IMG/VR virus record: IMGVR_UViG_3300037484_000333
Coordinates: 8,635-72,634 of that record
From: a virus
Taxonomy: Duplodnaviria; Caudoviricetes
Reading direction: 5' to 3' (one strand)
Length of the DNA: 64,000 nt
Both the position numbers and the translations under genes were made by a program. Below the pieces are notes generated by a model that did not search any database, was not told the origin of the DNA, and saw only the letters and a list, made by a program, of their open reading frames with translations. Below, piece by piece: positions 20,390-29,211 of the stretch. How positions within the stretch are numbered: the first letter of the stretch is position 1; every line of letters starts with the position of its first letter.

Positions 20390-20904
20390 TGCCTACAAAG
20401 TACCGTAAGTCTGACCTGACCTTGTTGGGTGTTAGGCCTACACCTATGGTACCAGCTATATCCACAAGGCCGAGGACCAGACGGATCGTGTCAATGCCAG
20501 CCAGGGAGCGCAGGCCACGTGGTAAAGAGTTTGGTATGGGTGCCCTTGAGATGCGAGCTATGCAGGGGTACGCAGGAATGACCATACTGGAGAGGATAGT
20601 AATTAAGAAGTTGTTTCAACTCTACGGTGAGGGCGGCTTCATCGTTCAAGAACCATTCTTTGGAGGCCGCATCATATATGGAGGGTTGGTCACAGACTTT
20701 GTAGTCATAGCGGTCTATCCACCCTGTGCCCTAGAAATCCAAGGTGAGTATTGGCACTCCAACCCACTAGGTGAAGAGAGAGACCTCATGCGAAGACTGA
20801 TGATAGAGAGTTTGGGGTACCGGTACGTGGAGCTTGAGGAGTGGGAGATAATGCTAGGGGATGACTACTTGGAAAGCAGGATAGAGGAACTGGTAGGAGT
20901 ATAG
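20389..20904 (+). CDS. DUF559/Vsr-like endonuclease
   Basis: VQEPF...TDFVV...ALEIQGEYWH...RDLMRRLMIESLGYRYVEL. Confidence 0.7.
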   Translation: MPTKYRKSDLTLLGVRPTPMVPAISTRPRTRRIVSMPARERRPRGKEFGMGALEMRAMQGYAGMTILERIVIKKLFQLYGEGGFIVQEPFFGGRIIYGGLVTDFVVIAVYPPCALEIQGEYWHSNPLGEERDLMRRLMIESLGYRYVELEEWEIMLGDDYLESRIEELVGV

Positions 20905-21119
20905 TGGCAAAAAACCTACCAGAGTACCCAGAAAAACATGCAGCTTCCCACGGTAGTACCGACCTACTAGCTATTCCAGACACCGTTGCATTACCAACTG
21001 CTAGTGCAAGTTATGCTGGAGTGTTTATGATCAACTCAGGAGGTGCTTTACAAGCTTTGTATGTATGCCTGAGGTCGGCTGGCGGCACATGGAGTTGGAA
21101 GTTGGTTACGACAGGTTAA
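20904..21119 (+). CDS. Small tail-associated hypothetical protein
   Basis: LYVCLRSAGGTWSWKLV C-terminus resembles fibre/tip motifs; 1-nt overlap with the upstream gene. Confidence 0.4.
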   Translation: MAKNLPEYPEKHAASHGSTDLLAIPDTVALPTASASYAGVFMINSGGALQALYVCLRSAGGTWSWKLVTTG

Positions 21120-21152
21120 GTTGTATAATATAAGTAGAGAGGAGGGTAAGCA

Positions 21153-21392
21153 GTGTTCAGTCTGTTAAAGAAACTAAGGACTGACTTTGCGATCCCCATA
21201 GCTTTAGTGGCAGCTGTAGCCTTTGGTGGACCGCTAGTTGTCATCAGTATCAGAGGAGATGAGTATCATGCACCACCACCTAATTCCGCAGAACAGCTTA
21301 TCATATCAGACGGGTTTGGAGTGGGGACAATGGTTGACGTAGACGGTGATACCATGATGATCGCTCCTATTGATATAATGGTGGCCCCATAA
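21153..21392 (+). CDS. Membrane-anchored hypothetical protein
   Basis: SD GGAGGG; hydrophobic stretch FAIPIALVAAVAFGGPLVVI. Confidence 0.5.
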   Translation: MFSLLKKLRTDFAIPIALVAAVAFGGPLVVISIRGDEYHAPPPNSAEQLIISDGFGVGTMVDVDGDTMMIAPIDIMVAP

Positions 21393-22156
21393 TGGGGTGG
21401 ATGAATTGGGCTAAGTACGGGACGTTACCATTATTACTGGGGGTTCTCTTCGGGGCAGCAGTACTTGATTGGAGTCATAACGAGTACTGGGGGAAGATTG
21501 AACCACAGCCTTCCTACCCGGTAGCAGCCATATACAATGGTGTTGGCACCGACACACAGATTCCCTATTGGTCGGGGTTCCTGTCCAGGCCACTAGAGGA
21601 AAGATACCCATTGTACTACTGCTTGGATGGGGCTGGTTGGTCACAAGACGATCACTATGCCGCCTGGGATGGGTTGGACTCTGACTGGGGTTGGGGCAAG
21701 ATCAACCGTACCATTGCAGTACAAATCCAGGAGCGGTGCGACGAGAAGGCACGAGTGACTGTTATATTCAAGATGGACAGTGCGTTCGTGCAGAACTACT
21801 GCCAGCCCAATGCAGGGTTTACGGTAGTGGCTTGCGTATCGTTCGACGGTTGGAAGTACGTGAAGGATGCAGACTTGTGGGAATATAGTACCGCCATAGT
21901 CCATGTGGAGCCGTACTACTGGGCGAGGTTGGACCACAACTGGAGGGAGCACGTCCTGATCCATGAGTTCGGACACGCGGGTCTGGCTCTATGGGACACA
22001 CCTGCACAGGCTTGCGGTACCACCGTAATGGACTATACCTATGCGCCAAGTTGTGGGCTGTTGCCCTACCCTAGAGCTGCAGACATCGCCGTAACAGACG
22101 CGTTGTATGGACCTTATAGAGACCCAGCGTGGTACAAGTGGTTAAGAGATCAGTAA
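21392..22156 (+). CDS. Secreted/membrane-anchored metzincin-like zinc metalloprotease
   Basis: N-terminal hydrophobic signal; HVLIHEFGHAGLALWD (HExxH) and TVMDY Met-turn. Confidence 0.75.
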   Translation: MGWMNWAKYGTLPLLLGVLFGAAVLDWSHNEYWGKIEPQPSYPVAAIYNGVGTDTQIPYWSGFLSRPLEERYPLYYCLDGAGWSQDDHYAAWDGLDSDWGWGKINRTIAVQIQERCDEKARVTVIFKMDSAFVQNYCQPNAGFTVVACVSFDGWKYVKDADLWEYSTAIVHVEPYYWARLDHNWREHVLIHEFGHAGLALWDTPAQACGTTVMDYTYAPSCGLLPYPRAADIAVTDALYGPYRDPAWYKWLRDQ

Positions 22157-22167
22157 GGGGGTGAAGT

Positions 22168-22371
22168 ATGGAACCCAAACTGTGGTACCTAAGCAAGACT
22201 ACCCTAGTCTCTATTGCTGCGATAGTGGTAGGAGCTGTGTCTGGCATCATTAACCTCATCACAGGCACGGAGGTGTTTGGAGTTGAGGAGCAGACGTCTA
22301 TCGTCTTCGTAGTAGGTGGACTAATTGGACTGGTATTGCGCTTTGTCACTAAGGAACCCATAACCCTGTAG
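22168..22371 (+). CDS. Holin-like two-TM protein
   Basis: 67 aa, two hydrophobic helices, LRFVTKEPI C-terminus, at the end of the structural block. Confidence 0.6.
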   Translation: MEPKLWYLSKTTLVSIAAIVVGAVSGIINLITGTEVFGVEEQTSIVFVVGGLIGLVLRFVTKEPITL

Positions 22372-22387
22372 GTGATGGTGATGGAGA

Positions 22388-22585
22388 GTGATAAAGCTTT
22401 GTCGCCACCTGCTGCTAAACCACTTTAGCTTTACAGACTTGAATGGGGTTAAGGTCCCTAAGATGCGGGAGTGTCTGAAGTGTGGCAACTGGTGGACATT
22501 GGAAGATACTGACAAAGGACCCCGTTGGAAGAAGTCCACTGCTGACATCTGTAACAGTATACGCCAGCACGACCTCCCCAACTGA
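22388..22585 (+). CDS. Small Zn-ribbon-like protein
   Basis: CRH...CLKCG. Confidence 0.4.
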   Translation: MIKLCRHLLLNHFSFTDLNGVKVPKMRECLKCGNWWTLEDTDKGPRWKKSTADICNSIRQHDLPN

Positions 22586-22662
22586 AGATAACAAATAACA
22601 CGGCACCGCAATTATGCTTTATGTTAGTTGCAGTAGCCGTGTTATTTTTGGGCTCAGGTCCC

Positions 22663-23031
22663 TTAAACCTGAGGGACTCCACGTATTGCCCTCAGTGCCT
22701 GCACCTGTCGTTTGGGAGATACCAAACCGTAGATGCTCATGAGAAAACCGCGAGCACGTGCGCCATGTATTCTCCACTCGAGGATGTGCTGGGTATTGGA
22801 AAACGACGTTGGTGATGCGGGCTTCTGACGAACGCTGCCTCCAAACAGAGCCCTCATACGCTCAAGAGGCCAACGGTTCACTTGGCTGATGCATACCGAT
22901 GCTGTTACCCTACCAGAAAGGTAGGCACAGCCTTCGCCCTCAAAGAACCCAGCAGCCCACCGAAAGTCGCCAGGTGTGGCTATCTCAGTGGGCGCTAGGT
23001 CAGGTCGTAATCTTCCTAGGTTAACTCCCAG
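22663..23031 (-). CDS. Single-motif LAGLIDADG homing endonuclease, probable CTG start
   Basis: FRWAAGFFEGEGC motif lies upstream of the first canonical start (22881); frame closed by TAA just upstream of CTG at 23031. Confidence 0.65.
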   Translation of the reverse strand: MGVNLGRLRPDLAPTEIATPGDFRWAAGFFEGEGCAYLSGRVTASVCISQVNRWPLERMRALFGGSVRQKPASPTSFSNTQHILEWRIHGARARGFLMSIYGLVSPKRQVQALRAIRGVPQV

Positions 23032-23037
23032 AACTTA

Positions 23038-23424
23038 TCACACCTTATCCCCCTTGATCGGGAGCTTATCGCCTCCGCCGACTGCGAACGTCATGACACA
23101 AAGAGGGTTAGCAATCGACCCGCCAGTGGTAAAGACCACATCAACCTGGTTCCCCGCAGACAACTGTGTTCCCTTAGTCACAAAGTCGCTGGCAGGTGTG
23201 CTGGAGGTTAGAGTGAACGCAGCATCCAGAATGGTAGTCCCACCGTATTGAACGTCAATGCTTCCGGAGGTGCCAACTGTACCGCAGTCTACCGAGCAAT
23301 GGACTAGTCGAGCCTTGGGAAACGGGATTGTGAAGCTGTAGGTGGCGGAACTAGACAAGGATAGTTCACCCCCTACACTGACCGTCCAGTATGATAGACC
23401 GTTAGATGGTGCTAGTGCAGCTAT
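23038..23424 (-). CDS. Beta-sandwich protein, possibly virion decoration, predicted ATA start
   Basis: SD GAGGAGG-TGAAATAAC-ATA; in-frame TGA three codons upstream; GSIDVQYGGTTIL...LSAGNQVDVVF. Confidence 0.5.
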   Translation of the reverse strand: MAALAPSNGLSYWTVSVGGELSLSSSATYSFTIPFPKARLVHCSVDCGTVGTSGSIDVQYGGTTILDAAFTLTSSTPASDFVTKGTQLSAGNQVDVVFTTGGSIANPLCVMTFAVGGGDKLPIKGDKV

Positions 23425-23425
23425 G

Positions 23426-23596
23426 TTATTTCACCTCCTCGCCTTCGTCGTTTGGATAAAGGAGGCTAAAGATGTCATGTAGCGGTACCTCTATCCTGTA
23501 TGAACGACCATCTCTGTCCTCGGCTGTGACTATCAACAAGTCTTCACCTTCACGTAGCTTGACAGGACACAAGATGATCGGTCTCACACTTACCAT
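23426..23596 (-). CDS. 56-aa hypothetical protein
   Basis: MVSVRPIILCPVKLREGEDLLIVTAED...; fills the gap. Confidence 0.5.
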   Translation of the reverse strand: MVSVRPIILCPVKLREGEDLLIVTAEDRDGRSYRIEVPLHDIFSLLYPNDEGEEVK

Positions 23597-24354
23597 TATA
23601 TCATAATCTTGAGTTTGCTCATGGCTATCTGCAGCTCGAAGGGGTTAGGACGCCGCTTCCTTTTGGCGATTAACTCGTCAACCTTCCGACCCTTAATTTG
23701 CTCATACATCTCCACAATAGACGAGACCCTCTTAATCCTATATGGTGCAGTCTCTCCTTGGTTGTAAGGCCTGTCTATTAGGAAGATGTTGTAGGCACCA
23801 GCGTAGCTCAGCTTTACGGTGTCGTCCAGGTTGTCGTTGAGGCAAGACCTAACCCAGAACAGGTGGGGGAGTACAGTTACATTTCTAACTCTCAGTACTG
23901 GTTTGTTGAAGCCTTGGCCTCTCAGCCACTCCTCAGTCTGTTCTGTGACGTTCTTATCGCCTGTGACGAAGAACCTGGTAGTGGTGAATAGGGAGTCGCT
24001 GCCGTGAAGGATTGCTTGGAGGGCGACTCTGTCGGTTACCGACAGTTTGATAGGGGGGACTCTGAGGTAGAAATTGGGGGAGCTTGATATACTTCTAATG
24101 AGGTCTATGTTGGTGTAGTTTTTCCACCAATCATACTTTGTAGGTGGTAGGGGAATGTCAACCTTGAAGTGGCTCCAGGCATACTCTACTAAGGCAGTGG
24201 CGAAGTCAGCTACCACACCGTCAACATCTATACAGTTTACTCTGTAGGGAAATATAGGGTAGGCCCGACGAGCATAGTGGACCTTCAGTCCCAGCTTCTT
24301 CTCAGGGTAGGGGTGGTATCCTGATTTGTACCCTCTAGGCTCTGTAGAACTCAC
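23596..24354 (-). CDS. HAD-family 5'(3')-deoxyribonucleotidase (NT5C-like)
   Basis: CIDVDGVVADF motif I; LNDN...LIDRPYN. Confidence 0.7.
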   Translation of the reverse strand: MSSTEPRGYKSGYHPYPEKKLGLKVHYARRAYPIFPYRVNCIDVDGVVADFATALVEYAWSHFKVDIPLPPTKYDWWKNYTNIDLIRSISSSPNFYLRVPPIKLSVTDRVALQAILHGSDSLFTTTRFFVTGDKNVTEQTEEWLRGQGFNKPVLRVRNVTVLPHLFWVRSCLNDNLDDTVKLSYAGAYNIFLIDRPYNQGETAPYRIKRVSSIVEMYEQIKGRKVDELIAKRKRRPNPFELQIAMSKLKIMI

Positions 24355-25237
24355 CGTTCACTACAAATCCCTTCGCGTAGATCAATATTTGAGTGAGATA
24401 GAGTTTGTTGTCGTAGACCGTACCGATTACAAAGCCATGTTGCCAGTTTGTGGGCCTCTGCTTTACCCAGTCAGGGTCTAGCCTGCAAAGGCAACCTTGT
24501 TCGAGCCAAGCGTGTTGTCCCCTAAGGTCTGTGAAAGAATAGCATCCAACTCTGTGGGAGTGGCCCACAACGCCCGAACCTCCAACGGCAATTGCGTGGG
24601 CTCTTGCGGTTCCGGATGGAAGTGAGGATACCCTGGAGCCATGCGTGATAGCGAAACCAAGGTAGTCAAGAACGCCGCCATAGGGGAGGGAATGAATACC
24701 GAGGTCATCCAGGCCAATTGCTCGGTTAAAATTAATGAGACCTGCCAACTCTGGAGTACGCCTCGAAATATGTTGATCCCACCTGTCCTCATGGTTTCCA
24801 TACAGGTAGTAGTGTTGGGCATTATTCCACCGCTCTCTGTGGTCAGTCATAAACTGCTTAAAGTAGTTAGTCTCTTGGGCAAAGTTGAACTCTCTTAGGG
24901 GGTTCTTGTTGAATACCGATAGACTGTAGACGTCAGCTATGTCGCCATTCCACACCATTACGTTGGGGTCGAAGTCATCAATGAATCTAGAAACTGCTGC
25001 CCAAATACGCTGGTCGTGGAACGGGTATTGGAGGTCTGATACTATTACTAGTCTGGTGTCGTCAGCAGAGCGCTTGACTTCCTTACGTACAAAGGTAGGT
25101 GGGTCCATAGGTGGCAGGGCAAACTTGCGTTCACGTCGTCGCTTGGCCTCACCACGGCAAGAGTCACCACAGTACTTATCTTGATCCCTATAGGCGTCGA
25201 ATTCTGCGCCGCATAGGGAGCATAATTTGATAGTCAA
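24335..25237 (-). CDS. Calcineurin-like metallophosphoesterase with N-terminal Zn finger
   Basis: CxxC...YCGDSC; SDLQYPFHD, NGDIAD, GNHE, THG, GHSHR. Confidence 0.85.
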   Translation of the reverse strand: MTIKLCSLCGAEFDAYRDQDKYCGDSCRGEAKRRRERKFALPPMDPPTFVRKEVKRSADDTRLVIVSDLQYPFHDQRIWAAVSRFIDDFDPNVMVWNGDIADVYSLSVFNKNPLREFNFAQETNYFKQFMTDHRERWNNAQHYYLYGNHEDRWDQHISRRTPELAGLINFNRAIGLDDLGIHSLPYGGVLDYLGFAITHGSRVSSLPSGTARAHAIAVGGSGVVGHSHRVGCYSFTDLRGQHAWLEQGCLCRLDPDWVKQRPTNWQHGFVIGTVYDNKLYLTQILIYAKGFVVNGEFYRA

Positions 25238-25437
25238 TCAATATTCAGCTCCTTAACTAACCTTAGTTCACGCCTTATGAAGCAAAAGGTACACAAGTCC
25301 ACGTCTGTTCCAGTAGTGCACCCACCGGTTTGCGCCTCTATCCACTCCGTTACCCACTTGTCCAACCACTGGTCAAGTTCAAAGGTCGAGAGGGTGTCAT
25401 TTCCTATTCTACTTCGCACGTAATCACTGAACTTCAT
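25234..25437 (-). CDS. Hypothetical protein
   Basis: Coupled ORF in the operon. Confidence 0.45.
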   Translation of the reverse strand: MKFSDYVRSRIGNDTLSTFELDQWLDKWVTEWIEAQTGGCTTGTDVDLCTFCFIRRELRLVKELNID

Positions 25438-25984
25438 TCAGATACCCCTTTATGTCTTCCTCAATTACTTCTTCAAGTTCCGGCATCCTGAACACACTGG
25501 CTGGATGGTAAGTAGCCCCGACCAACAGCCTGCCGTCATACCTTAGCATACCTCTGCACTGACCGATGGCTATGTTGCCCATAAAGACTTTGGCCGCAGT
25601 CTCACCCAGGCATATAACAACCTTAGGATTGAGGAACTTCAACTCATTAAGGAGGTAGGGGGTACAGGCAGCAACCTCCAGGGGTGTAGGTGTTCTATTT
25701 CTACCCTCTTCATCGGTTGGTCTACAACAGACTACGTTAGTTACCCTAACATCTTCTCGTCGCAGGCCAACCGACCTGAGGATACGGTTGAGGATACCAC
25801 CTGCTCGCCCCTGGAACGGTCGGCCAGTGTCTTCCTCGGTGGCTCCAGGAGCCTCACCTATTAGGACAACCTCTGCATCCATAGGACCGTCGCCAGGTAC
25901 GGGAATACACTGTAAAAGGCCACGATCTACTGCTTCCCGTTGAAGTGGGCAGGCTAAGTTGGAGCAGGAGGTTCCACGTAACAC
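25424..25984 (-). CDS. udg: Uracil-DNA glycosylase, family 4
   Basis: C..C.L...VPGDG...IGEAPGATEE..GRPFQGRAG, TNVVCCRP, NRTP, TYHPA. Confidence 0.9.
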   Translation of the reverse strand: MLRGTSCSNLACPLQREAVDRGLLQCIPVPGDGPMDAEVVLIGEAPGATEEDTGRPFQGRAGGILNRILRSVGLRREDVRVTNVVCCRPTDEEGRNRTPTPLEVAACTPYLLNELKFLNPKVVICLGETAAKVFMGNIAIGQCRGMLRYDGRLLVGATYHPASVFRMPELEEVIEEDIKGYLNEVQ

Positions 25985-26310
25985 TATGCCGTCTTCTCCT
26001 TCAACGCTGTCCAGTACTTCTTGGTAATCAAGTCTGGACAGACCATCTTGTTGGCTGTAAACACTTGGTTCAGCCCATAAGCCAAACGCCTAATAGTATC
26101 CTCCCGCATCCCAAGTGATAGGTACCCATCCACCACATGAAGCAGTTCATGCAGCAGTAGGTGTAGCATCTCTTCTGGTGAAGAGTCTATCAGTACAATC
26201 TCTTTAAGCATGTGGTCTGCACAACCGCCATGCAACGCTCCAATCTCGGCTGGAGGCTGGGGAGCCCTGAAAATTTCCCAGGGTATTCCCAGTACTGTTA
26301 TCGTTGTCAA
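25984..26310 (-). CDS. Small HExxH metallopeptidase-like protein
   Basis: LLHELLHVVD. Confidence 0.55.
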   Translation of the reverse strand: MTTITVLGIPWEIFRAPQPPAEIGALHGGCADHMLKEIVLIDSSPEEMLHLLLHELLHVVDGYLSLGMREDTIRRLAYGLNQVFTANKMVCPDLITKKYWTALKEKTA

Positions 26311-26332
26311 TGCAACCTCCTGGTTATATGTA

Positions 26333-26734
26333 CTAGTTAACGTTAAAACCTGATTCCATCTGAGGAGGTATGGCTTGTACCACTTTCACATCCCTGTTCC
26401 TCGGTCGAAATGCCATAAACTCCTCACCATCTGAATACCATGAGAAGGACAAACCGGATAGTACCTGGTCAAGTGCGGTATTGTAGGCCTCCTCACACAG
26501 CTCCAGGTACTCTGACTTGAACATCGGTACGAAGATGTGGGAGGTCGGGCTACCATGAACACAGCAAACTAGGGAATAACGCTCAGTCAGTTGGGCTGGA
26601 ACTTCTGTCATCAGCTCGTTGTCCATAAGGACTAGGTCTGCTGAGTTATCCCCTAGTAGGATATTGGTCCGCCTTAAGCAGCTATCATCCCTGATTGGTG
26701 TTACTACTACCCAGATTTCCTTCGCCAAGATCAC
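26333..26734 (-). CDS. Hypothetical protein
   Basis: ORF track; operon context. Confidence 0.45.
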   Translation of the reverse strand: MILAKEIWVVVTPIRDDSCLRRTNILLGDNSADLVLMDNELMTEVPAQLTERYSLVCCVHGSPTSHIFVPMFKSEYLELCEEAYNTALDQVLSGLSFSWYSDGEEFMAFRPRNRDVKVVQAIPPQMESGFNVN

Positions 26735-26963
26735 GTCGGACTAGGTCCGATAACCTCTCCTTTAACTCCTCCAAGCTAAGGTCTTCGGGAATATCTACTG
26801 GGAGTGGAGGATTTCCTAGTAAGACCTCTCTAGGTATTCCCACCTTTTCTAAAGTATATCCCATATGCTTTAATTTGTCAAGTGATAAATAGCCAGGGTC
26901 ATCTGGCAGGACTACCCAGCCACGCCCTGTGTCGTCAGTTACTATCAGGCGTCTCTTGGCCAA
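26685..26963 (-). CDS. Hypothetical protein
   Basis: TTG start after SD AAGGA; MAKRRLIVTDDTGRGW. Confidence 0.45.
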   Translation of the reverse strand: MAKRRLIVTDDTGRGWVVLPDDPGYLSLDKLKHMGYTLEKVGIPREVLLGNPPLPVDIPEDLSLEELKERLSDLVRRDLGEGNLGSSNTNQG

Positions 26964-27561
26964 GGTCGTCGTCCTTAGCGAAGAAGTCAGGAGTGGCACT
27001 TGGGTTCGCTGCCATAGCTGCAGCATAACAAACTGTGGCTCCTGCCAATCCTTGGTACATAGGACTTAGGCGATGTATCTTGTACCCTCTGGTGCTATGT
27101 TGGTGGACTCCAAGCTGAGACCCAACAGCCCAAGCATCTTGGTTAGCTCCCAAGTAGACGAACTCCCACTTGTGGTCTTCTTGTAGGTGGCCTATAAGTT
27201 CAGAGATTCTCTCTCTGGTAAACTTCTTGGAGTCATTCTCCAACCCATCGGTGATGACTACACAGATTGAGGGGTCCCCAAAGTCGGCAGGTGATCTACC
27301 TTCTAGGATTCCACCAAGAGCGTCGTATAGAGGAGTCATCCCATCGGGGGCGTACTCCTTATCGGTCAGAGCAGTGGCCTGACTGATAGGACAACTCCTT
27401 CTAGGTAGGCAGTGGTAAGAGTTGAAGGTGAAGATGGTCAACCGCATATCCTGACCACCCTTTTGCAGGCCTTCGATGTACTCATTAAGGCCCTTGATAG
27501 TGTCGTCCCTACGTGGGGCCATCGACCCTGATTCATCTAATACTACCGTTACGTTAATCAA
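26935..27561 (-). CDS. von Willebrand factor A domain protein
   Basis: VVLDESGSM (MIDAS), GMTPLYDALG, VVITDGLENDS. Confidence 0.85.
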   Translation of the reverse strand: MINVTVVLDESGSMAPRRDDTIKGLNEYIEGLQKGGQDMRLTIFTFNSYHCLPRRSCPISQATALTDKEYAPDGMTPLYDALGGILEGRSPADFGDPSICVVITDGLENDSKKFTRERISELIGHLQEDHKWEFVYLGANQDAWAVGSQLGVHQHSTRGYKIHRLSPMYQGLAGATVCYAAAMAANPSATPDFFAKDDDLGQETPDSN

Positions 27562-27801
27562 CTATATTTTCTCCTCTTCCTTAGCGTCAGCCTTATCACA
27601 AAGCTCTATCAGACGGTGGAGGCAAGGTAGGCATAGGTCGCCGCTACCCAGAAACGGTTGACTGCAATATCCACACTCGGAGCAATCGTCGGGGAGGTAC
27701 CCACCCCCACCATAACCACTACTGCCCGCCCTCTCTAACCAGTAGAGTTCTGAGCGTTCAGCCTTTGTTAGTCTTTCCCACCATTCCTTTGTGCGTTTCA
27801 T
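27562..27801 (-). CDS. Zn-finger-like hypothetical protein
   Basis: CSECGYC...CLPC. Confidence 0.5.
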   Translation of the reverse strand: MKRTKEWWERLTKAERSELYWLERAGSSGYGGGGYLPDDCSECGYCSQPFLGSGDLCLPCLHRLIELCDKADAKEEEKI

Positions 27802-28289
27802 GCTTCTACCATAAACTTGTGCTGTTTCTTACTATAATACCGGAACATTTCGAGTAGCTGAATTCCCAGCCTAGCGGGACAAGGACAGTAGTCGATGATG
27901 ACCCCTTCATGCTGAATTGATTTCGCCATTCCTGACCAAGTTGCCCACCTAAGTCTAGGCTTGTCACCATAAGAAGTCTTGACCCAACCATCTGGAGTCT
28001 CGCCAAGAATGCCGGTGACCAGTAGTATTGGTACAGGGTATGCCTCCTTAAGTCTAGATAGTTGGTCAGCCAACCTACTTACCGGTATGCCCTTACGACC
28101 CTTACCTAGAGCTGAGGATATGAGGTCTTCTCCAGTCTTCCTCTCTATACCTACAGTGGTTACTGGTGTTATCATCAGTATGTCGGCTGACGGCAAGGCT
28201 TCCTCTACTACCTCCAGTCCGGCTTTCTCAAGGTACTTACGGACGGAGGCCCTTAGGGCTTTAGGGTCGCGGGTGTCGAGGATAACTAT
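27798..28289 (-). CDS. ERCC4/XPF-like nuclease, predicted ATA (or ACG) start
   Basis: IVILDTRD...LPSADI...IERKTGEDLISS. The first motif is upstream of the first canonical start (28196); ATA overlaps the upstream TAG (ATAG). Confidence 0.7.
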   Translation of the reverse strand: MVILDTRDPKALRASVRKYLEKAGLEVVEEALPSADILMITPVTTVGIERKTGEDLISSALGKGRKGIPVSRLADQLSRLKEAYPVPILLVTGILGETPDGWVKTSYGDKPRLRWATWSGMAKSIQHEGVIIDYCPCPARLGIQLLEMFRYYSKKQHKFMVEA

Positions 28290-28528
28290 ACCCTTCGTAG
28301 CAAGTCAACATCCTCTACAGGAACAGCGACGAGGCGGTACTTACGATTGCGCCGGAACTTGCCCTTTATCGGATAAAGGGTGCACGCATTATCCCCATAG
28401 TCATCTCCAAGAACTATACAGTAACTCCCCCTTCGGGCAAGAAGCCCACCCGTCCTGCTAAACGGGTCAAGCAAGTCTCCTTCAAGCTTAGTGGTCTCAT
28501 ACGTTCCTAGATAGACTTCTTCAATCAT
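28286..28528 (-). CDS. Hypothetical protein
   Basis: Coupled ORF. Confidence 0.45.
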   Translation of the reverse strand: MIEEVYLGTYETTKLEGDLLDPFSRTGGLLARRGSYCIVLGDDYGDNACTLYPIKGKFRRNRKYRLVAVPVEDVDLLRRV

Positions 28529-28686
28529 CGGTACTCAGCCGCCTGACACCAAGGGCAACGACCACCATAAAACTTATCGTCATAGCAGTCGTCGCATACC
28601 CACATACCACAGACTATGCACTCCCATTTGACTATCCTGATCCTGCAGAAGTAGCACTCAACCAGTGCAGTCTTAGGCTTGTCCAT
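28525..28686 (-). CDS. Cys-rich Zn-finger protein
   Basis: CYFC..CIVC..CDDC..CPWC. Confidence 0.5.
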   Translation of the reverse strand: MDKPKTALVECYFCRIRIVKWECIVCGMWVCDDCYDDKFYGGRCPWCQAAEYR

Positions 28687-29011
28687 CGTTAGGGTTACCA
28701 CGATCTTCCTCCAGTGGGAACCTGCCCCATAGACCATTCAGCCACATGACCCATATGATGCCGTAGCCTGCTATGTCGATGGCGGTATCTTCTACTGACT
28801 CATCCTCTCCACTGACCTTGAGCAGGTTCCCCATCCTAGCCAGCTTGTCATTTAGCCTGACTAATAGGCCAAGCTCCCCACTCCTATTGATATTCTCATG
28901 ACCATATTTGCGCTGGCGATCAATGAGGATCGGACGTACCCTTAGCCAAGCCCAGTCTATGGCGTCTTCATATGTCTTAACTGGTTTCTGCTCTACTGAT
29001 ACTACCGACAT
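28673..29011 (-). CDS. DUF1599-like nucleotide-modification-associated / dNTP pyrophosphohydrolase-like protein
   Basis: RQRKYG...GLLVRLNDKLARMGNL...ESVEDTAIDIAGYGII. Confidence 0.7.
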   Translation of the reverse strand: MSVVSVEQKPVKTYEDAIDWAWLRVRPILIDRQRKYGHENINRSGELGLLVRLNDKLARMGNLLKVSGEDESVEDTAIDIAGYGIIWVMWLNGLWGRFPLEEDRGNPNDGQA

Positions 29012-29211
29012 CTAAACCCCATCTTCCTCATAACCACTGGGCGAAAGACCCCGTCCCTAGACGGCAAGAACAGTATGGGAGCATTAGTCTCTTGTTGGAC
29101 TTCTGGAGCGTCCTTATCTAAGAACTTGAAGAACTCTATATCATGGCCCCAAGCGGGGTCTAATTCTACTCCTCCGTAGTCGTTGTAAACTCTTTGTACT
29201 CTTCCCACCAT
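29002..29211 (-). CDS. Hypothetical protein
   Basis: ORF track. Confidence 0.35.
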   Translation of the reverse strand: MVGRVQRVYNDYGGVELDPAWGHDIEFFKFLDKDAPEVQQETNAPILFLPSRDGVFRPVVMRKMGFRCR

